Assembly (NCBI GenBank): GCA_965228735.1
Contig: OZ245838.1
Span: forward strand, 5,664,001 to 5,728,000
Reading direction: 5' to 3'
DNA: 64,000 bases
DNA from: Planctomycetota bacterium
GTDB lineage: Bacteria > Planctomycetota > UBA1135 > UBA2386
The translations under genes and the position numbers were made by a program. The notes under the pieces are model-generated. The model worked only from the letters and a program-made list of their open reading frames with translations. It was not told the origin of the DNA and made no database searches. Within the stretch, counting starts at the first letter, position 1; each line of letters begins with the position of its first letter. Below are positions 57,788 through 64,000 of the stretch, one piece after another.

Positions 57788-57791
57788 GGGT

Positions 57792-58256
57792 TCAACGCGC
57801 CGGAAAGCGGTTCTGCGACTGCAGCGCGTGGTGGTGCGGGGTCGCGCGGTTGCCCTGGCTCGCGATCAGCACCTGCCAGTACGAGAGCCGTCGGACGCCG
57901 AGGTTGCGGATCACCTCGGCGACCGCGACGGCGGGGGGGTCGCGATGGGCGCGGATCAGCACCGGCGTCGTGCGAAAGCGGCGCTTGCCCGTCTTCGTTG
58001 CGACCGGTTCGCCGAGGTCTGCGCCATCGTTCCGCGTCATCAGCAGGCTCGCGATGCCGCGCAGGTCGTGGTTCTTGCCGTCGAGTCGAAGCGTGCCATC
58101 GCGCTGGATCTCGAGGGCGACATGATCGGCCGGCGGCGTCCACGGCTCGGCGTACTCGAGTCGCGGCAGGTCGCGGTCGGCCACCTGCGCGATGACCGGG
58201 CCGCCGAGCGCCAGGGCGACGAGAAGGGCGGGAGCCGTGGTCGGACGGGGTGACAT
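57792..58256 (-). CDS. ExbD/TolR periplasmic-domain-like protein with an N-terminal signal
   Basis: DLP..VALEIQRDGTLRLDG..L..LL..PVLIRAHRD..VAEVI resembles the ExbD C-domain. N-terminus LLVALALGGPVIAQ. Confidence 0.5.
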   Translation of the reverse strand: MSPRPTTAPALLVALALGGPVIAQVADRDLPRLEYAEPWTPPADHVALEIQRDGTLRLDGKNHDLRGIASLLMTRNDGADLGEPVATKTGKRRFRTTPVLIRAHRDPPAVAVAEVIRNLGVRRLSYWQVLIASQGNRATPHHHALQSQNRFPAR

Positions 58257-58310
58257 GATCAGCGGGGCAACGGGAGACAATCGAACCGGGTTCGGTACGT
58301 TCACGCCATC

Positions 58311-60209
58311 ATGCCGCGCTGGAATCGTCTCTGGGTGCTCGTGCTGTTGGCCTTCGCTTCGTCGGGTGATGCGGTGCTGGGTCAGGAGCGGCTGCTGCTG
58401 GTTCCGTTGCCGCGGGAGCACGGGCCGCTGGAGGTCTGCACGGGAACGAAGTTGGTCTGCGAGCATGCCGCGTTCCGGCCGCAGGTAGACGCGTTCGTGG
58501 TGGCGCTCGCGCGTTTCGGTGCGACCGAGGTCGAGTTGCTCGATACCGAGCCGGCAGCCGCCGACGACGTTCTCGTGCGGTTCGTCTACGAGGTCGGGTT
58601 CGAGTCCGAGGGCTACCAGATGTTCCCCGATCGTGGTTTGACGGTTCGGGCTACGGCACCTGCAGGGGTTGCGCGAGCGACGGCGACGTTGCTGCAGTCG
58701 CTCAACGTCCTCGAAGGTCGGGTGTACTGCCGCGAGATGGTCGTTCGGGACGCGCCGGAGTTCGCGTTCCGCTGCTTCATGGTCGACATGGGGCGCAATC
58801 CGCATTCGCCCGCGATGCTGCGGCAGGTCGTCGACATGATGTGGCTCTGCAAGGCGAACTACCTGCAGTTGCATCTGACCGACGATCAGCTGAGCTCGTG
58901 GCCGTCCGCGGTGTTTCCCGAGCTGCGGGACGAACGCGCCGGCTGGACGCTCGCCGACTACCGCGAGCTCGAGGCCTACTCGCAGGCGCGCGGCGTCACG
59001 GTGATCCCCGAGCTCGACATGCCGGCCCACTCGACGGTCCTGCGGCGCGCGTATCCGAACGTGTTCGGCAAGTCGCCGACCGAGCTCGCGACATCACCGG
59101 TTGCGCAGGCTGGCGTGGAGCGGCTCATCGACGAGATGCTCGCGGTGTTTCGCGCGACGCCGTTCTTCCACATCGGCGGTGACGAGGCCTACGGCGTGCC
59201 CGTCACGGTCCAGCGTGCCTTCCTCAACCGGCTCAACGTGTTCGTCAGGTCGCGCGGGCGGCGCACGATCGTCTGGGAGGGGCCGGCGATCGGTGAGGGT
59301 GACAGCAAGGTCGCGACCGACGTGCTGCACATGAACTGGAACACCGTGAGCGTGACGGCGCAGGCGATGCTCGACGCGGGCTACGAGGTCGTGAACGCCG
59401 CGTGGGATCCGTTCTACCTCGTCGATCACTACCCGCGGACGATGTTCACCGCGGTCGCGCTCGATCGGATCTACGCTTGGGAGCCGCGGCGCTTCGGCCA
59501 CGTCGATCCGGGCTTCCCGACGCAGAGCAAGCCGCACGTGACGGCGAGCGCGGATGGCATCGTCGGCTTCTGCATGCCGTGGTGGGAGGGGCGCGAGGAG
59601 AACCTGCTGCCGCTCTGCCTGCCGCGCCTCGCGACCGCCGCGGCGGTGGCGTGGAATCGGTCGGGCGAGACGGACTATGCGGCGTTTCGTGAGCGACTGG
59701 CGAGATTCACGGCTGTAGCCGAGGTCGTCGGTGACTTCGAACTGCCGGAGCTGCCGGTCGCGAAAGCCGCATCGCAGGTCGACAACCTGCTGTTCGGATG
59801 TCGCGTGACCGCGTCCGCGGGGGCGGAGCAACCGCACTTCGGCCCGGCGCGACTGACGAACGGCATCACCACGCGCTTCGACCACTTCCTCGGTTTCCCG
59901 ACCAAGCCCGAGCCGCTCGACATCGTCGCGCACCGAGATTCGCCGGCGACGATCGCGCGGATCGTCGTGCACGAGACCGCGGTCGGTCAGAGCCACGAGG
60001 TCTACGAGCTCGCGGTGTCGGCCACCGCCGACGGCCCGTTCGAGGTGGTCGGCACGGCGAAGCAGGGCAGCCGCGGCGAGCAGCCGTTCGTCGAGCACCG
60101 CTTCGATGCGCGCCCCGTGCAGCGGGTCCGCATCCGCACGCAGGGATGTCACGGCTTGACGTTCCCGAGCTTCTCCCGCCTCACCGAGATCCAAGCCTTC
60201 GCCAACTGA
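58311..60209 (+). CDS. GH20 beta-N-acetylhexosaminidase with a C-terminal F5/8-type (discoidin/CBM32-like) domain
   Basis: RCFMVDMGRN, LHLTDDQ, IPELDMPAH, catalytic HIGGDE, WWEG, tail RLTEIQAF. Confidence 0.92.
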   Translation: MPRWNRLWVLVLLAFASSGDAVLGQERLLLVPLPREHGPLEVCTGTKLVCEHAAFRPQVDAFVVALARFGATEVELLDTEPAAADDVLVRFVYEVGFESEGYQMFPDRGLTVRATAPAGVARATATLLQSLNVLEGRVYCREMVVRDAPEFAFRCFMVDMGRNPHSPAMLRQVVDMMWLCKANYLQLHLTDDQLSSWPSAVFPELRDERAGWTLADYRELEAYSQARGVTVIPELDMPAHSTVLRRAYPNVFGKSPTELATSPVAQAGVERLIDEMLAVFRATPFFHIGGDEAYGVPVTVQRAFLNRLNVFVRSRGRRTIVWEGPAIGEGDSKVATDVLHMNWNTVSVTAQAMLDAGYEVVNAAWDPFYLVDHYPRTMFTAVALDRIYAWEPRRFGHVDPGFPTQSKPHVTASADGIVGFCMPWWEGREENLLPLCLPRLATAAAVAWNRSGETDYAAFRERLARFTAVAEVVGDFELPELPVAKAASQVDNLLFGCRVTASAGAEQPHFGPARLTNGITTRFDHFLGFPTKPEPLDIVAHRDSPATIARIVVHETAVGQSHEVYELAVSATADGPFEVVGTAKQGSRGEQPFVEHRFDARPVQRVRIRTQGCHGLTFPSFSRLTEIQAFAN

Positions 60210-60220
60210 CCATCCGGGGT

Positions 60221-60335
60221 TGGCGGTACCGAACCCGTTTCGAATCCGCCACCGGCCAATCAGCGCCAGCGCCGTCGGCCGGCCGGGTTGCGCTGTGGGC
60301 GGGGTGGCGGATTCGAAACGGGTTCGGTACCGCCA
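60221..60335. repeat. 33-bp perfect inverted repeat (REP-like pair) between convergent genes
   Basis: tggcggtaccgaacccgtttcgaatccgccacc at 60221-60253 and its exact reverse complement at 60303-60335. Confidence 0.92.
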
Positions 60336-61220
60336 TCACGGCCGCGCCTTCAGGAGGTCGTGCAGGGTGTCGAGTTCCGGCGTCGGTTCACCACGGCGGG
60401 TTACGAGCGCGAGTTCGATCGTCGGCACCGGTGCCTTCAGTTTGACGAAGACGCAGCCGTCGTGCGGCAGCTTCTGGCTGTGCTCGGGAATCAGCGCGAC
60501 GCCGTCGCCGGCCGCGACCGAGCCGAGCATGAGCGCGACCGAGTCGGTCTCGACGGCGATGTCCGGTTCGAACCCCGCGGCGGTGCACGCGGCGATCAGG
60601 AAGTCGCGGCGGCCGGGGAACGCGAGGTCGTCGAGCGACACCCAGCGTTCGCTGCGCAGGGCGGCGAGCGCCAGCGTGCGGCGGCCGGCGAGCGGGTGAT
60701 CCTCGGGCAGCACGGCGGCGAACCGATGCCGGCTCAGGCGGCGAACGAGGAAGCGCTGGCGGTGGCTGTCCGACAGATTCGCCAGGATCGCCGCGTCGAG
60801 CTCGCGATTGCCGAGGCGCTCGAGCTGCGCGCCCGGGGTCAGGTCGAACAGCGCGATTTTCAAGCCGCGGTGGGCGCGCTTGAGCTCGCGCACGGTCGGG
60901 GCGACGAGATCGTCGAGGAACGGGCTGAGGAAGCCGAGCCGCAACGTGCGCTTCGCCCCGCCGAAGCGCTCGCGAATCTGCTGCGCGGACAGTTCGGCGT
61001 CGCAGAGCATCTGCCGGGCCTTCGGCAGGAAGAAGCGGCCGGCCTCGCTCAGGTGGATCCGCTGCTTCCTCCGCTCGAACAGCTGGACGCCGAGCTGGTT
61101 CTCGAGCTGCGCGACCTGGCGGCTGAGCGCAGGCTGCGAGACGTGCTCGCGGCGCGCCGCGGCCGACATGCTGCCGGTCTCGGCGGCGGCGACGAAGTAG
61201 CGCAGCTGATGGAACTCCAT
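60336..61220 (-). CDS. LysR family transcriptional regulator
   Basis: QLRYFVAAAETGSMSAAARREHVSQPALSRQVAQLENQLGVQLFER. Confidence 0.95.
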   Translation of the reverse strand: MEFHQLRYFVAAAETGSMSAAARREHVSQPALSRQVAQLENQLGVQLFERRKQRIHLSEAGRFFLPKARQMLCDAELSAQQIRERFGGAKRTLRLGFLSPFLDDLVAPTVRELKRAHRGLKIALFDLTPGAQLERLGNRELDAAILANLSDSHRQRFLVRRLSRHRFAAVLPEDHPLAGRRTLALAALRSERWVSLDDLAFPGRRDFLIAACTAAGFEPDIAVETDSVALMLGSVAAGDGVALIPEHSQKLPHDGCVFVKLKAPVPTIELALVTRRGEPTPELDTLHDLLKARP

Positions 61221-61235
61221 GGGGTGTCGGCTACT

Positions 61236-61254
61236 TCATAACCGCAGAGCATGA
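61236..61254. promoter_or_regulatory. Putative LysR T-N11-A recognition site
   Basis: TCAT-aaccgcagagc-ATGA dyad in the divergent LysR/pirin spacer. Confidence 0.55.
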
Positions 61255-61309
61255 CCTTGAGAAGGCATCGGCATTGGTCCATCAGCCCGTCGTGGCCGAC
61301 ACTTCTCCC

Positions 61310-62137
61310 ATGCAACGACGGACCTTCCTCGCCCGTTCGACGACGGCGCTCGGTGCGCTGGCCGCGGCCAGTGCCGGCAGCTGTCGCGCCGGCGGTGAGC
61401 GCTCCAACGGAGACAATGCCATGACCGAATCGACCATGAATCTGACCGTTCGCCGCGCCGACCAGCGCGGCCACGCCGATCACGGCTGGCTGGACAGCTA
61501 CCACACGTTCAGCTTCGCCAACTACTACGACCCGCAGCACATGGGCTTCCGGTCGCTGCGGGTGATCAACCAGGACCGCGTGACGCCGGGGCAGGGCTTC
61601 GGCACCCACCCGCACCGCGACATGGAGATCTTCAGCTACGTGCTCGAGGGCGCGTTGCAGCACAAGGACAGCATGGGCAACGGCCGCACGCTGAAGCCCG
61701 GCGAGATCCAGCTCATGAGTGCCGGCACCGGCGTGACGCACAGCGAGTTCAACCCGAGCGCGGACGAGGGCCTGCACCTCCTGCAGATCTGGATCCAGCC
61801 CGATCGGGTGGGGTTGCCGCCGAGCTACACGGAGTGGAAGCCGGATGCCGAGTCGAAGAACGGCAAGAACGTCGTCGTGATCTCGCCCGACGGGCGCGAT
61901 GACAGCGCGGTGATCCACCAGGACGCGATCGTTCGCCGCCTGCGGCTCGAAGCTGGTGACGAGGTCGAGCACGAGGTCGCCGCTGGGCGGGGCGCGTGGC
62001 TGCAGCTGATTCGCGGCAATGCGGCGATCGGCGCGGTGGAGCTGCGGCCCGGCGACGGCGTCAGCACCGAGGACGCGGGCACGATGAAGATCGTCGCGCG
62101 CGAGCCGGTCGAGGCCCTGCTCTTCGATCTTGCGTAG
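61310..62137 (+). CDS. Pirin family protein (YhhW-like), possibly with a Tat-type N-terminal extension
   Basis: RGHADHGWLDSYHTFSFANYYDP, FGTHPHRDMEI, HSEFN, LQIWI. The alternative start is ATG 61421. Confidence 0.92.
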   Translation: MQRRTFLARSTTALGALAAASAGSCRAGGERSNGDNAMTESTMNLTVRRADQRGHADHGWLDSYHTFSFANYYDPQHMGFRSLRVINQDRVTPGQGFGTHPHRDMEIFSYVLEGALQHKDSMGNGRTLKPGEIQLMSAGTGVTHSEFNPSADEGLHLLQIWIQPDRVGLPPSYTEWKPDAESKNGKNVVVISPDGRDDSAVIHQDAIVRRLRLEAGDEVEHEVAAGRGAWLQLIRGNAAIGAVELRPGDGVSTEDAGTMKIVAREPVEALLFDLA

Positions 62138-62195
62138 CGCGAGGTTCTGGCGGTTTGAACCAGGTACCGTACGCCGGGGATCGTACGCTGCCTGG

Positions 62196-63545
62196 ATGAG
62201 GCTGTTTCGGTTCGGGTTCGTGGTCGCTTGCGCGGCCGCTGCCGTCTCTGCGCAGGAGCAGGCGATTGCGTTCGTCGGCGCGCGCATCTTGCCGGTCGAT
62301 GGGCCGGCGATCGCGGAGGGCACGCTCGTCGTGCGCGGTGGCAAGATCGTCGCGGTCGGCGCGGCGGCCGACACGTCGTTGCCTACGCCTTGCGATCGCA
62401 TCGACGCGACGGGCAAGACGATCATCCCCGGTCTCGTCGATACGCACTCGCACATCGGTTCGGTCTCCGGCGGCGATCGCAGCGGCCCGATCCAGCCCGA
62501 GGTGCGGGCGCTCGATGCGATCAACCCGCGCGATGCGGGGATCCAGAAGGCGCAGGCCGGCGGCGTCACGACGGTGAACGTGATGCCGGGCTCCGGTCAT
62601 CTGCTGTCTGGGCAGACGGTCTACCTCAAGCTGCGCGAGCCGCGGACGATCGATGATCTGCTGATCCAGGGCGGCGACGGCAAGCCGATGGGCGGCATCA
62701 AGATGGCGAACGGCACCAACCCGCAGAAGGGGCCGCCGTTCCCGGGCACGCGCGGCAAGGCGGCGGCGTTGATGCGCGCGCAGCTGCACCGCGCGCGCGA
62801 CTATCAGCGCAAGGTCGCGGCCGCGCAGGGCGATCCGAGCAAGATGCCGGATCGCAGCCTCGGCATGGAGGCGCTCGTCGAGGTGCTCGAGGGCAAGCGC
62901 ATGGTGCATCACCACACGCACCGGCAGGACGACATCCTCACGGTGCTGCGGCTGCAGCAGGAGTTCGGCTTCCGCGTCGTGCTGCATCACGTGAGCGAGG
63001 GTTGGCTCGTGGCCGAGGAGATCGCGGCGGCGAAGGCGCCGTGCTCGGTCATCATGATCGACTCGCCGGGCGGCAAGCTCGAAGCGGCGCGGCTGTCGAT
63101 GGCGACGGGCAAGATCCTCGACGAGGCCGGTGTGCTCGTCGGCTTCCACACGGACGACGGCATCACGGACAGCCGGCTGTTCCTGCGGTCGGCGGCGTTC
63201 GCCGTGCGCGCCGGGATGAACCGGGCGAAGGCGCTCGCTGCGTTGACGAGCGCGGGTGCGGAGATGCTCGATCTCGGGGATCGCGTCGGCACGCTCACCG
63301 TCGGCAAGGACGCCGACTTCGTCGTGCTGTCGGGTGATCCGTTCTCGGTCTATACGCAGGTGCTCGAGACCTGGGTCGAGGGCGAGAGGGTGTTCGACCG
63401 GAGCGACCCCGACGATCGCCTGCTCGCGGTCGGTGGCTACAACGCGAGCGTCGATCAGTCGTTCTCGCTGTGCTGCTACGACCAGTCGTGGCTCATCGGC
63501 CAGGGCGGTCAGCTCGGCCAGAACTCGCTCGGAGGTGCCCGCTGA
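62196..63545 (+). CDS. Secreted amidohydrolase family protein
   Basis: Signal ..AVSAQ. IIPGLVDTHSHIG, KMANGTNP, HTHRQDD, FHTDD, GKDADFVV. Confidence 0.9.
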   Translation: MRLFRFGFVVACAAAAVSAQEQAIAFVGARILPVDGPAIAEGTLVVRGGKIVAVGAAADTSLPTPCDRIDATGKTIIPGLVDTHSHIGSVSGGDRSGPIQPEVRALDAINPRDAGIQKAQAGGVTTVNVMPGSGHLLSGQTVYLKLREPRTIDDLLIQGGDGKPMGGIKMANGTNPQKGPPFPGTRGKAAALMRAQLHRARDYQRKVAAAQGDPSKMPDRSLGMEALVEVLEGKRMVHHHTHRQDDILTVLRLQQEFGFRVVLHHVSEGWLVAEEIAAAKAPCSVIMIDSPGGKLEAARLSMATGKILDEAGVLVGFHTDDGITDSRLFLRSAAFAVRAGMNRAKALAALTSAGAEMLDLGDRVGTLTVGKDADFVVLSGDPFSVYTQVLETWVEGERVFDRSDPDDRLLAVGGYNASVDQSFSLCCYDQSWLIGQGGQLGQNSLGGAR

Positions 63546-64000
63546 TGCGCGCCCACCTCGCGTTCTCTTTCCTCGTCGCGGTCGCGCTCCTGCCGGCCCA
63601 GGACTTCGTCGTACGGGCCGAGACCGTGCACACGATGGCCGGCGCCGCGATCGAGAACGGCGTCGTCGTCGTGCAGGGCGGCAAGATCGCGCTCGTCGGG
63701 CCAGCGGCGACCGTGCGGCTGCCCGCGGGACTGCCCGTTCGGTCGGCCAAGGTGCTCGTGCCTGGCCTGATCGACGCGCACGCGACAGCCGGGCTGACCG
63801 GCTTCCTCAACATTCCGCACGACCAGGATCAACTCGACGAAGCCGCGCCGATCCAGCCGGAGCTGCGCGCGATCGACGCCTACAACGCGCACGATCCGCT
63901 CGTCAGCTGGCTGCGCAGCTTCGGCGTCACGACGCTGCACACGGGCCACGCGCCGCGCGCGCTCGTCGCGGGCCAGACGATGGTCGTCAAGACGCACGGG
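63545..64000 (+). CDS. Second secreted amidohydrolase family protein (partial, runs off the window)
   Basis: TGATG overlap with the previous gene. Manual translation: MRAHLAFSFLVAVALLPAQ..IENGVVVVQGGKI..LVPGLIDAHATAG..FGVTT. Confidence 0.85.
   Translation, partial: MRAHLAFSFLVAVALLPAQDFVVRAETVHTMAGAAIENGVVVVQGGKIALVGPAATVRLPAGLPVRSAKVLVPGLIDAHATAGLTGFLNIPHDQDQLDEAAPIQPELRAIDAYNAHDPLVSWLRSFGVTTLHTGHAPRALVAGQTMVVKTHG

Noticed and set aside
60221..60335. Inverted repeats as IS or MITE termini
   Set aside because: There is no transposase and no evident target-site duplication, and the short internal spacers are unrelated between elements. Reported as REP-like instead.

Overview
A very GC-rich bacterial window with about 45 genes. 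It is most likely from a Planctomycetota-like organism; this is inferred from the gene families present (TIGR02999-type ECF sigma with kinase, membrane-anchored ECF fusion, many large secreted proteins), not from a marker gene. I found no rRNA, tRNA, CRISPR array or transposase. Recognisable genes include ppiC, recQ, an hcrCAB-like molybdoenzyme operon, ArsR+VOC, PrsW, an Rsm22-like methyltransferase, GH114/PelA-like, heparinase II/III-like, BNR/VPS10 and GH20 carbohydrate enzymes, GNAT+PIG-L, LysR+pirin and two amidohydrolases. The most striking signal is a shared ~110-130 aa C-terminal module on eight unrelated signal-peptide proteins, one of which consists only of the module, plus one degenerate internal copy. 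Its two cysteines are present or absent together, and it is a candidate lineage-specific secretion or surface-sorting domain. Nearly all Sec signal peptides are followed by Gln. Other observations: domains nested inside other domains in two divergent S8 proteases that have Glu in place of the catalytic Asp, a 39-aa repeat protein, a Glu-to-Gln change at the molybdoenzyme catalytic position, a dispersed REP-like repeat family with 32-33 bp perfect inverted repeats, and recurrent leaderless-type TANNNT promoters.
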